Position numbers and translations under genes: made by a program. A model generated the notes under the pieces. That model did not search any database. It saw nothing but the letters and a program-made list of their open reading frames with translations, and was not told the origin of the DNA. From a virus (Duplodnaviria > Caudoviricetes), in IMG/VR virus record IMGVR_UViG_3300042814_000014, positions 1-43,266 of that record: DNA of 43,266 nt, one strand, 5' to 3'. Positions 8,935-18,474 of this stretch are shown here, piece after piece; position 1 is the stretch's first letter; each line of letters begins with the position of its first letter.

Positions 8935-11900
8935 ATGGCTCACAAAGACGAATACCTGCCCTATACGATTCACCTGAACGACCTGAATTACTACAATTCC
9001 AGGTTTATCACGCCGGCGAATCCAGGGGCAGAGGTCGAGGCCGATCCGCCGAACGATAAGCTGTTCCGGTCCCCGCAGGACGCGGCGAACACTTACGGCG
9101 CCGATCTCGCTTTGTTGGGCGCATCCGTCTGGCCCGGCGGCGCGCTCCCGATCCAGTTCGACCCGCGCGATGCGTTCAGTTCGCCATCCGTGCGGTCGAC
9201 CTGGTTCGGCTCGAGCGCGCCATCGACCGAAGATCAATTCCCGCTCGATCAAGTGACCTTTGTCCGTAAGTCGGGCGGCTGGTTCGGGATCTCCTGGCTG
9301 TTCGGCACGAAGACCACGTATCACTGGGTCGGCCGATTCGAGTATTCGCCGAAGGTCGGCGCCGGCGTGCCTGGGACGGTCGTCGCGCTGCCAATGCCAC
9401 GGCGGCGCTGGATTGACGGCGGCGAGCTGCCGCTGCAGGGAGAGGGCGGCTCGAGCGCGACGGCGGACGTCTCTCGGCGCGCCTCGAGGAGCGCGCAGGG
9501 TTACGGCTACACGTTTGACAGCACGCTCGGGACGAAGCTCCACGATCACACGGAGAGCGGCGCGGCAGCGTCGCCGTCTGCCTGGGAACGGATCTATGTG
9601 CGCCTGGTCCGCTTCCCCGATAACCCGACGCGCATCTGGCGCGTGAGCAGCACGATCTCAGCCGCGGGACCGATGATCACGATCACGGCTGGCGGCGCGC
9701 TGACGCTCAATGATTTCGATGGCGTGAGCACGGCGACGCCGATCGGATCGATGGGCACGTTGCTGGTCAATGTCTGGTATAAGCTCGACCTGGTCTACAG
9801 CTTCGGCGCGCTGGGCGCGTCGCTCCCCTACTTCAAGGCGTATCTGAACGGGACGAAGGTCATCGACGTCGTCGGCGCCGCGCTGCCAGGCATGCAGGGC
9901 GGCACGAAAAATTGCTCACAGTCGATCATCGGGGGCGGCACGCCGGCCGGCGGCGCGAATAACGCGATCTGGCATGCGGACGACTGGATCGGTTCGGACG
10001 TCCCGGCAGTCGGTTACGAGATCGGCACGCAGAACGATTTCATCGTCGGTTCACACGTCGCCGTTCTGGGCGCGAATGCCTTCGCGAGTGACTCCGCCTC
10101 ATGGACGGGCGACTGGCGTCTGACGCGGCAGCGGCCAGTCACGACGGGCGTCGCGCAGCAGCTCACGTCAAGCGTCAGCGGCGCCATCCTCGGCGTCGTC
10201 GCCGATGCCGCGGTCGAGGTCGACGGGCAGAGTAATCAGCAGGGCGTCGTCGCGATCTGTGTGGGGCTGTTCAGCGACAAGGGCGGCGCCGGCGCGAACG
10301 GCGATCTCGGCTGGAAACTCCCCGGAGGCGCGAATGACTTCGCGGCCGTCGTCCAAACGGCAGGATCGTTCTCATGGACGAGTCGGCTGTATCGACCGGC
10401 GGGCCTGGTCACGCCGCTGACGCCGCTCGAGGGGCTCGAGCTAAAGCATCGCAAGGGAGCCAGCGTCGACCCGGCGAAGGTCCAGGCCCTGATGGCCGTC
10501 GCAGAAATCATCGGCGTCTTCGGCGACGAGGACGTCTACCCGCAGAGTGCGCTCGGCACGCCGATCGCGCAGCCGGCCGCCAGCGTGCAAACCCATTTCG
10601 GGATTCACAACGCGCCCTATCCTCATACCCCGTGGTGTAAGGACATGAGCACGGCGCCGCAGGGCATCGTGGTCGTCAAGACGGGCCAGTATGTCGGGAC
10701 CGGGACGTTTCTCGATCTGAAGTTCCGCGCGCCCGTGCATTTCCTGTGGATTCGACCGGAGTCGGGCGGCAGCGGCGGCCTGATCTGGTTCTCGAGCATG
10801 AACGCCGCGCATCGGCACGGGACGCGGGCCTACATGCCGGAGGGGCTGCTCGAGGTCCTGATCGATCCGACCTTCGTCCAGGGCGACGGCGTCGAGACAG
10901 ACATGACGCTGCCAGAGGCGCCGGACAACCTCGAGGAAGCCATTGCACTGTCGAATCAACTCGCGTTTGGATTCCACAAGAACGACGCCAGCTATATCGG
11001 CTGGGCGCCTTACCTTGACGATCCGGTCTACTTTTTCGGGCGCATGCTCGGCAGCGGGAGCGAAGGCGGGCCGGATGAAGCGGTCGCCGGCTTGTATGCC
11101 GTGCCGCCGACGCCCTGGCTCTCGACGCAGCAGCAGCAGACGATCATCCGGCTGGCCGGCAACGATGCCGACGTCAACGCGGCCGGCGTCAACTACAACT
11201 ATCTGGCGTTCTGCGATCCGTCGATGGCTTACAGCCAGGCCGGCGCGCTCGCGGCGTATGCCTTCAACGGCGACATCCTGAGCGATCTTGACGTCGAGTC
11301 CTTCGTGCCGGAAGCCGTGTTGCTACAGCAGGAGCAGGACGGCGCCAGCTCCGCGCAGACCTTCATGGTGAAGGGCAGCGGCAGCGCCGCGAACGCCATC
11401 AGCGTCCCGACACTCGCGGAGATCGCCAGCGGCCTGGCCATGACGGGCGGCGTGCTGACCTATAAAAACGGGCTGCTCCTGGCCGGCGCGAATCAACACG
11501 CTTACATCGCATTCCGGCGCGCGGCCTACGGCCAGAGCACAGCGACCAATCGGCCGATCGTCCTGGCGTCCTATACCGGAGACGGCGGCGGGACGAAGAT
11601 CATCCCGCTCACGCCGACCGGCAAGCGGCCGATGTGGGTCCTGATCGTTGGCCACAACGGGACGACGTTCATGCGCGATCCGTTTCACACGGGCACCAAC
11701 AGCCTGGCGTTCCCCAGCACGAACAACGCAGCGACCGGCATCACGGCCGGAGCGGTCGATTCGATCACGGTGGGGTCGGCCGCCAACACGAACGGCATCA
11801 TCTTCGATGTGATTGCCTTCATGGGCTGCAGCGCCGGCGTGGGAAATAACGGCTGGGGCGAGATCGGCGAATGTATTCCGGACGATCCCGAATCGCCGCC

Positions 11901-13596
11901 AGAACCGCCCTGGGATCCCCCGCCGGAGCCGCCGGTCGAACCGCCTGAACCCCCGTTCGATCCCGGTCCGGCGGCCGATGACTTCGGCAACCAGTGCATC
12001 GCCGCGTCGACGCGCATCATTAACCAGGCGCTGAGCCGCATCGGCGTCTCGAAGCAGATCGGGAACATCGTCACCGAACAGAGCAACGAGGCGAACGTCG
12101 CCAGGCTGCACTACAGCGACGACGTCGACCAGACGCTCCGCGATTTCCCGTGGCCGTTCGCGACGCACTACGCGACGCTGGCGCGTATCGCGGGCCCGTC
12201 ACCCGTCGCGTCGCCGGACTGGCTCTACAGCTATCGCCGGCCGTCTGACTGTGTGTTCGAGCGACGCATCTGCCTGCCGCGGCAGCTCGCGGTCGACCCA
12301 ACGCCCCCGCCGTTCCAGCTCTCAAACGATCCGGACGTCATGAGCATCGTCGTCGCGCTCAATCTGACGGGCAACAGTGCGGCGAATCCGACCGTCTTCA
12401 CCGTCGCCGTCGCGCACGGGTTTGTCACGGGCCAGGTCGTCACGATCGCCGGCGTGGTCGGTTCGGTCCCGGATGTGAACGGGGCCGCGCAGGTCACGGT
12501 TATCGATCCGACGCATTTCTCGATCCCGGTCACGGTCAGCAACCCCGGCGTCGGCGGCACGGTCACGCCGCAGGCGGTTCTCCTGGCGGCCGGCGGCGGG
12601 CTGATTCTCACCAACCAGGCGAACGCCGTGCTGGAATACACGCACCGGCCCGTCTGTGCGGCCGGGCGCGGCGATCCGTTGTTCCGGGACGCCTTGACCT
12701 GGCGGCACGCGGCGAGCCTGGCGTCGTCGCTCTCGAGGATGACCGACGTCCAAGCCAATTGCCTGAAGATGTATCAGGCGTGCATCGACCTGGCGCATGC
12801 CGTGTTCCGTCCGGGCAATCCAGGCCGGCCGGCGACAACGGCGTCGACGTTGGACACGACGGCCGCGCAGCTCGCGGCGAATACGGCGGTCATCAATCGC
12901 GGCCTGCTCCGCATCGGCGCGCAGACCGTTACGGCGATCGAGTCCGACCAGTCGCGCGAGGCGACGGCCGTCCGGGCCATCTTCGAGGACGAGCTGCTCG
13001 CGACGCTTCGCGATCACTCCTGGGCGTTCGCGACGGCCTACGCCGACCTGGCGCTGGTCGGCGGCACGGTCAGCGTGCCGGTGAATGCCGACTGGCAATA
13101 CAGCTATCGGCTGCCGACCGACTACGCGAAGGCTCGCCGGCTGGTCAACGAGGTCACGCGGCGCGCGTTCGATGAGAACCCCGTGCCGTTCCGCATCGGC
13201 GGCGACGCGGCCGGCGGCCTGCTGTTCACCAACCAGGAAGCGACGACCGACGAGCCGGTCACGCTCGAATACACGGCACGGTTCACGGGCCTGGTATCCA
13301 GATCGGACGCGCTGTTCCGCGATGCCTTCGCCTGGCGCCTGGCTGCCGCGCTGGCGCCAGCCATCGCGAACGTCGACCCGGAGCGCGTCGAGCAGCACGG
13401 CCGCGGCGCAGAGGACCCGCGCGAGGTCCAGGGCAAGACGCCGCGAGCCGATCGTCGGATGCAGCTCCGCATGCAGACCGCGCAATACGCGCTCCGTATG
13501 TATGCCGCGGTCATCCGGATTGCGGAGGCCGACAACAGCCAGGAGCAACAGCAGGAGAAGCCTGGCGACGCGGAATGGACGAACGGGCGTAACTGA
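8935..13596 (+). CDS. 1553-aa fusion: about 1000-aa beta-rich spike-like region plus two tandem head-tail adaptor (tail tubular protein A / T7 gp11-like) domains
   Basis: Two copies of IN.AL.RIG...S.EA...LRD..W.FAT...DW.YSYR.P.D...LEYT...LFRDA..WR.AA.LA at about 12000-12800 and 12880-13596; ConA-like and SYTG.G-type fibre motifs upstream; immediately precedes the nozzle. Confidence 0.85.
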   Translation: MAHKDEYLPYTIHLNDLNYYNSRFITPANPGAEVEADPPNDKLFRSPQDAANTYGADLALLGASVWPGGALPIQFDPRDAFSSPSVRSTWFGSSAPSTEDQFPLDQVTFVRKSGGWFGISWLFGTKTTYHWVGRFEYSPKVGAGVPGTVVALPMPRRRWIDGGELPLQGEGGSSATADVSRRASRSAQGYGYTFDSTLGTKLHDHTESGAAASPSAWERIYVRLVRFPDNPTRIWRVSSTISAAGPMITITAGGALTLNDFDGVSTATPIGSMGTLLVNVWYKLDLVYSFGALGASLPYFKAYLNGTKVIDVVGAALPGMQGGTKNCSQSIIGGGTPAGGANNAIWHADDWIGSDVPAVGYEIGTQNDFIVGSHVAVLGANAFASDSASWTGDWRLTRQRPVTTGVAQQLTSSVSGAILGVVADAAVEVDGQSNQQGVVAICVGLFSDKGGAGANGDLGWKLPGGANDFAAVVQTAGSFSWTSRLYRPAGLVTPLTPLEGLELKHRKGASVDPAKVQALMAVAEIIGVFGDEDVYPQSALGTPIAQPAASVQTHFGIHNAPYPHTPWCKDMSTAPQGIVVVKTGQYVGTGTFLDLKFRAPVHFLWIRPESGGSGGLIWFSSMNAAHRHGTRAYMPEGLLEVLIDPTFVQGDGVETDMTLPEAPDNLEEAIALSNQLAFGFHKNDASYIGWAPYLDDPVYFFGRMLGSGSEGGPDEAVAGLYAVPPTPWLSTQQQQTIIRLAGNDADVNAAGVNYNYLAFCDPSMAYSQAGALAAYAFNGDILSDLDVESFVPEAVLLQQEQDGASSAQTFMVKGSGSAANAISVPTLAEIASGLAMTGGVLTYKNGLLLAGANQHAYIAFRRAAYGQSTATNRPIVLASYTGDGGGTKIIPLTPTGKRPMWVLIVGHNGTTFMRDPFHTGTNSLAFPSTNNAATGITAGAVDSITVGSAANTNGIIFDVIAFMGCSAGVGNNGWGEIGECIPDDPESPPEPPWDPPPEPPVEPPEPPFDPGPAADDFGNQCIAASTRIINQALSRIGVSKQIGNIVTEQSNEANVARLHYSDDVDQTLRDFPWPFATHYATLARIAGPSPVASPDWLYSYRRPSDCVFERRICLPRQLAVDPTPPPFQLSNDPDVMSIVVALNLTGNSAANPTVFTVAVAHGFVTGQVVTIAGVVGSVPDVNGAAQVTVIDPTHFSIPVTVSNPGVGGTVTPQAVLLAAGGGLILTNQANAVLEYTHRPVCAAGRGDPLFRDALTWRHAASLASSLSRMTDVQANCLKMYQACIDLAHAVFRPGNPGRPATTASTLDTTAAQLAANTAVINRGLLRIGAQTVTAIESDQSREATAVRAIFEDELLATLRDHSWAFATAYADLALVGGTVSVPVNADWQYSYRLPTDYAKARRLVNEVTRRAFDENPVPFRIGGDAAGGLLFTNQEATTDEPVTLEYTARFTGLVSRSDALFRDAFAWRLAAALAPAIANVDPERVEQHGRGAEDPREVQGKTPRADRRMQLRMQTAQYALRMYAAVIRIAEADNSQEQQQEKPGDAEWTNGRN

Positions 13597-15839
13597 TGCC
13601 GAACCCGGCCAGCACGTTCCAACGATCCTTTGCCGGCGGCGAGCTGGCGCCGGCACTCTCCGCTCGCGCGGACCAGGCCAAGTATCAGATGGGCCTGCGA
13701 ACCTGCCGTAACTTCATCGTGCAGCGGCAGGGCGGCGTCGCGAATCGGGCCGGCTTGCGCTTCGTCGGCGAGGCTAAGGGCGGCGGCAGCACGGCGAACT
13801 TTCTCCTGCGCTATGTCGCGGAGGTCGCCGGCGACAGTGTCCTGATCGAAGCGGGCCCGAACTATCTGCGGTTCTACAAGAACGGCGGCCTGGTCACGCT
13901 CGCCGGCGTCGTCGCGTGGAACGCCGGAACGAACTACCAGATCGGCGACATCGCGCTCAGCGGCGGCGTCAACTACTACTGCATCCAGGCGCACATCAAC
14001 CAGGTTCCGCCCAACGCCGCTTTCTGGTATGCGATGCCGTCCAACGTGCTCGAGCTGCCGACTGGCTTCGGCACGGCCGGGTTCAAATGGAAGCAGAACG
14101 GCAACACGATCACGCTAACCGGGCAATTGCACCAGCCGCAGGAGCTGATCTACGTGGCCCTGACGCAGTGGGTCATCCGGAATATCAACACGGCGCCGGC
14201 GATCGATCCGCCGACCGCGCTAGGCGCCGTCGGCGGCGGCGTGGCCGGAGTCCTGAGCTATGTCTACGTGGTCACGGCCGCGGCAGCCGACACCTTCGAG
14301 GAGTCGATCGCCAGCGCGCCGTTCCAGCTCACGCCGATCGGCGTGCCGACCGTCGACCAGCCGAACGTCCTGACGTGGACGCCACCGGCGCAAGCCGCTG
14401 AGGAGTATTACATCTACTGCGATCCCTACGGCAACGGGACCTATGGGTTCATCGGCACGGCCACCGGCGCGACGACGTTCAATGATGTGGGCTTCACGCC
14501 GGACTTCACGCTCACGCCCCCGCTGCCGCGCGTGCTGTTCAACGCGACGGGCGACTATCCCGGTTGCTCGGCCACCTACCAACAGCGTCGGCTGTTCGCG
14601 CGCTCCATCAACAACCCGGACGCGATCTTCGGATCGCGCACGGGCTTCCCCAGCAACTTCAATATCTCGAGTCCGCTGCAGGACGACGATGCGATCACGT
14701 TCCGTATCGCCGGCAACCAACACAACCCGGTCCGCGACATGGTTGGCCTGAAGGCTGGCCTGATCGTGCTGACCGATGGCGGCGAGTGGACGGTCGTCGG
14801 CGGCACGACGAAGGTCCTGTCTCCAAACAGCATCGACGGGGAACAGGAAACCTACGCCGGCGTCGCGGATATCCCGGCCGTCGTTGTGGGGAACGCGATC
14901 ATCTACATCCAGGCCCGCGGATCAATCATGCGAGAGCTGCGATTCGACCAGCAGGTCGAGGGGCTGGCCGGCAAGGATCTGACCCTGTTCGCGGCACACC
15001 TGTTCGACGGGTTCACTGTGACCGCGATGGATTTCCAGCAGACGCCGAATAGCGTCGTCTGGGTCTGTCGCAGCGACGGGAAGCTGCTCGGCCTGACTTA
15101 CATCCCGGAACAAGAAATATGGGGCTGGCATCGGCATGACACGGGCGCCTCGGGGTTCTTCCAATCGGTCTGCACGGTCCCGGAGCCGGGCGAGGATGCC
15201 GTCTACGTCATGATTCGCCGGTCGATCAACGGCGGCTTTCACCGCTACATCGAACGTCTCGAGCGCCGGACGATCCAGAACTTCGCCGCAGACAGTTTTT
15301 TCGTCGACAGCGGCCTGACCTACTCGGGCGCGCCGGCGACGGCCATTGGCGGCCTGACGCATCTGATCGGCGAGGTCGTCGCGGTCGTCGCGGACGGCGT
15401 CGTCATCTTCGACGGCGACCCAACGAAGTCGGACGCGGTCAACTACACGGTCGACGGCGCTGGCAATATTCCGCACGTCCTAACGGTGCCGGCGTCCGTG
15501 ATTCATGCCGGCCTGCCGATTCGGTTCGCGGAGATCGAGCTACTCGACCTCGACGTCGAAGGCGCCGCGGTCCGCGACAAGGAGAAGCGCGTCGGATCGA
15601 TCTCGCTCCTGCTCGACGCCAGCGTGCGAACGTTCCAGGCCGGGCCGTCGACGACGCGGCTCCTAAAGGTCAAGCTGGCGCCGGCGGAGATCGGGCTCGA
15701 GGGCGCGCCGTTCACGGGCCAGGAGGAGATCAGTCTGTCGAGCGATTACAATCGCTATGGTCGCGTCGTCATCCGGCAGACCGACCCGCTGCCGCTGACC
15801 ATCCTGGGCGTTCTGCCCAATCTGGTCGTAGGAGGTTAG
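13596..15839 (+). CDS. Tail nozzle (tail tubular protein B / T7 gp12-like)
   Basis: QRSFAGGEL.P.L.AR.D..KY..GL..CRNF, YP....YQQR, EQE.WGWHRH, FVDSGL.Y, Q.DPLPLTIL motifs. Confidence 0.92.
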   Translation: MPNPASTFQRSFAGGELAPALSARADQAKYQMGLRTCRNFIVQRQGGVANRAGLRFVGEAKGGGSTANFLLRYVAEVAGDSVLIEAGPNYLRFYKNGGLVTLAGVVAWNAGTNYQIGDIALSGGVNYYCIQAHINQVPPNAAFWYAMPSNVLELPTGFGTAGFKWKQNGNTITLTGQLHQPQELIYVALTQWVIRNINTAPAIDPPTALGAVGGGVAGVLSYVYVVTAAAADTFEESIASAPFQLTPIGVPTVDQPNVLTWTPPAQAAEEYYIYCDPYGNGTYGFIGTATGATTFNDVGFTPDFTLTPPLPRVLFNATGDYPGCSATYQQRRLFARSINNPDAIFGSRTGFPSNFNISSPLQDDDAITFRIAGNQHNPVRDMVGLKAGLIVLTDGGEWTVVGGTTKVLSPNSIDGEQETYAGVADIPAVVVGNAIIYIQARGSIMRELRFDQQVEGLAGKDLTLFAAHLFDGFTVTAMDFQQTPNSVVWVCRSDGKLLGLTYIPEQEIWGWHRHDTGASGFFQSVCTVPEPGEDAVYVMIRRSINGGFHRYIERLERRTIQNFAADSFFVDSGLTYSGAPATAIGGLTHLIGEVVAVVADGVVIFDGDPTKSDAVNYTVDGAGNIPHVLTVPASVIHAGLPIRFAEIELLDLDVEGAAVRDKEKRVGSISLLLDASVRTFQAGPSTTRLLKVKLAPAEIGLEGAPFTGQEEISLSSDYNRYGRVVIRQTDPLPLTILGVLPNLVVGG

Positions 15840-15842
15840 AAC

Positions 15843-16178
15843 GTGGCGAAACTGGTCAGCATGAAAATCTCGGCCGACGAGCGCGCGAAGCGCATGCAGC
15901 CGACCATCGCGGAGGGCGACGCGCCGGCGTATCCCTACGGGCTCAGCGTCTCACTGGACAAGGACGCGCTCGAGAAGCTCGGCCTGAGCGACGATCTGCC
16001 AGACGTCGACGAGGACTACCTGCTGATCGCGAAGGTGACTGTGACCGGCGTCAACAGCGCGAAGGGCGGCAGTGGCTACAGCAGCCAGCGCGTCGAGCTG
16101 CAGATTACGGACCTCTGCCTCGAGGAGAGCGGCAGCGCGAAGGATGCCGCGGCGGAACTTTACGGCGGGGACACCTAA
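15843..16178 (+). CDS. Capsid staple-like protein (epsilon15 gp10-like)
   Basis: YPYGL.VSL....LEKLGL...LP.V and VELQITD motifs; SD AGGAGG with GTG start. Confidence 0.75.
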   Translation: MAKLVSMKISADERAKRMQPTIAEGDAPAYPYGLSVSLDKDALEKLGLSDDLPDVDEDYLLIAKVTVTGVNSAKGGSGYSSQRVELQITDLCLEESGSAKDAAAELYGGDT

Positions 16179-16181
16179 GTC

Positions 16182-16742
16182 ATGGCCGCGCTGACGGCGC
16201 TCTCGATCGGGCTGGCCGTCGCCGGCATGGGCATCCAAGCCTATGGTCAGCACAAGGCCGGCCAGGCGGCGAAGGAAGCCGGCAAAGCCGAGAAGGCCGC
16301 ATCCGAGAGCCAGGCGGAGCTGGCAGACTTCAACGCCAGCGTCGCCGCCCTGCAGAGCACGGACGCGGTTGAGCGCGGCGAGGAGCAGGCGAACCGGCTC
16401 CGGAGCCAGGTCCGCGGGGCCATCGGCGCGCAGCGGGCCGGGATCGCCGCCGGCAACATCGACGTGGGTTTTGGATCCGCGGTCGACGTCCAGGCCGACG
16501 CGGCCTACCTGGGCGAGCTGGACGCGCTGACCATTCGTACGAACGCGGCGCGCGAAGCCTGGGGCTACCAGGTCCAGGCCACCGACCTGCGTCGGCGCGC
16601 AGAGATCGCGCGCAAGACGGGCGTCTACCAGGAAGCGGCGGGCCAGCAGGCGGCGCGTAACGCGAACATCGCGGCGCTCGGCACGATCGCCACCGGCGCC
16701 GGCAGCCTGGCCATGACGCGCTACGGATTCGGGAGCCGCTGA
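16182..16742 (+). CDS. Internal virion (ejection) protein, T7 gp14-like
   Basis: Hydrophobic N-terminus, G.QRA..AA.NID...GSA.D...D......ELDALTIR.NA.REAWG motif. Confidence 0.85.
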   Translation: MAALTALSIGLAVAGMGIQAYGQHKAGQAAKEAGKAEKAASESQAELADFNASVAALQSTDAVERGEEQANRLRSQVRGAIGAQRAGIAAGNIDVGFGSAVDVQADAAYLGELDALTIRTNAAREAWGYQVQATDLRRRAEIARKTGVYQEAAGQQAARNANIAALGTIATGAGSLAMTRYGFGSR

Positions 16743-16743
16743 G

Positions 16744-18474
16744 ATGCCGACAGTCGCCACCTACGGCCCGCGCAAAGTCGGCACGGCGGCCATCCCTGGC
16801 GCGCGGCTCACGGCCGCGGAGACGCCGGAGTCTGAAGGGATCGGGCTCGCTCGCGCGAATGAGCAGCTCGGCCAGACGCTTGGCCAGATCGGCGGCCAGG
16901 TCTTCGGCATGGGCGCGCGGAGCTACGCGGAGGCGGTCCAACAGGAGCGCGATCGGGCGGACAGCGTCGCGCTCCTAAACGCCAACAACCAGCTCGCGAA
17001 GTGGGAGAACCAGCGGATCTATGACCCGCAGAGCGGCGCGCTCACGGTCAAGGGCAATAACAGCTTCGGCCTGCCGGAAACGATCAACGCGGAATACGAC
17101 AAGGTCGCGAGTGACATCGAGGCGACGCTCTCGACGGACAAGCAGCGGCAGCAATTCGCGCGGGCCAGGCTCGACCGCGGCGCACAGCTCGACCTCACGC
17201 TTCGGCGGCACGTCTACGGCGAGATGCAACGCTACGAGGGCCAGGAGCTGAATAGCCTGATCGAGAATAGCCAGCAGGCCGCGATCGCGAACGCGACGGA
17301 TATCCGACGTGTCGGCGTCGAGCTGAACCGCCAGGTCGACGCGATCACCACGCACGCGCCGCGGCTGGGTATGGGCCCGGAAGAAGTGACCAAGCAGATC
17401 AACGCGACGCGCTCAGCAACGCACGTCGGCGTCCTGCAGAACCTGCTCGCGAAGGACCAGCAGCAGACGGCTCAGATTTATTACGACGAAACCAAAAGCC
17501 AGATCAATGGCGACCAGATCGCGCGCATCGAGAAGTCGCTGAACGAGGGCAAGGTCCGCGGCGAATCGCAGAAGCAGGTCGACGCCATCGTCGCCGCCGG
17601 CGGCACGTTCACGGACCAGCTCGCGAAGGCTCGCGCGATCGAGGACCCGGAGGTTCGGGACGCGACGGAGACACGCCTCGAGCAGCGCAAGGCCGTCAAC
17701 GACCGGCTCGAGCGCGAGGCCAACGAGACAGCCTCAAAGACCGCCTACAACATCATCGACCAGACCGGCGACGTGTATCGGATTCCGCCATCGGCCTGGC
17801 AGTCCTTCACCGGCGGCGAGCGGTCGGCCATGATCTCGTATGCGGGCTCGAGGGCGAAAGGCGTCGCGGTCGAGACGGACATCCCGACCTACTACACACT
17901 GATGCAGAAGGCGAGCGCCGACCCGGAAGCGTTCTCGCAGGACAACCTGCTCCGCTATCGCGCGAAGCTCGGAGACACGGAGTTCAAGCAGCTCGCCGGC
18001 CTGCAGAACAGTATTCGGAACGGCGATCGGGAGAAGGCGGAGAAGGACCTCGGGCCGGCCCGGCTGCAGGAAGGCGTCATCGACGACAGTCTGACGCTCT
18101 ACGGCATCGACCCGAAGGCAAAGCCGGACACCACAGAGGGGAAGGCCATCGCGCAGCTCCGCGGCATGTTGCGCTCGCGCGTGGAGGCGCAGCAGGCGCT
18201 CACGGGCAAGCCGGTCAACGACGTGGACGTCCGGGCTATGTCGGACGCCATCCTCTCGCAGTCGTCGACGGTCAAAGGCTCCTGGTGGAACATCTTCCCC
18301 GGCGGCAAACCGTTCTTTGATACACAGAAGCGTCTGATCGATTTGACCATCGGCGACGTGCCAGCCGAAGACCGCTCGCAGATCGAACGCGCGCTCAAGC
18401 TCCGCAACCGACCGATCTCGGACGCGACCGTGCTGGACCTCTACCTCGAGACGCGGGCCCGGACGGGCAAGTAG
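16744..18474 (+). CDS. Internal virion (ejection) protein, gp15-like
   Basis: MPTV.TY start, helical Q/A-rich composition, position between gp14-like and giant gp16-like genes. Confidence 0.75.
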   Translation: MPTVATYGPRKVGTAAIPGARLTAAETPESEGIGLARANEQLGQTLGQIGGQVFGMGARSYAEAVQQERDRADSVALLNANNQLAKWENQRIYDPQSGALTVKGNNSFGLPETINAEYDKVASDIEATLSTDKQRQQFARARLDRGAQLDLTLRRHVYGEMQRYEGQELNSLIENSQQAAIANATDIRRVGVELNRQVDAITTHAPRLGMGPEEVTKQINATRSATHVGVLQNLLAKDQQQTAQIYYDETKSQINGDQIARIEKSLNEGKVRGESQKQVDAIVAAGGTFTDQLAKARAIEDPEVRDATETRLEQRKAVNDRLEREANETASKTAYNIIDQTGDVYRIPPSAWQSFTGGERSAMISYAGSRAKGVAVETDIPTYYTLMQKASADPEAFSQDNLLRYRAKLGDTEFKQLAGLQNSIRNGDREKAEKDLGPARLQEGVIDDSLTLYGIDPKAKPDTTEGKAIAQLRGMLRSRVEAQQALTGKPVNDVDVRAMSDAILSQSSTVKGSWWNIFPGGKPFFDTQKRLIDLTIGDVPAEDRSQIERALKLRNRPISDATVLDLYLETRARTGK

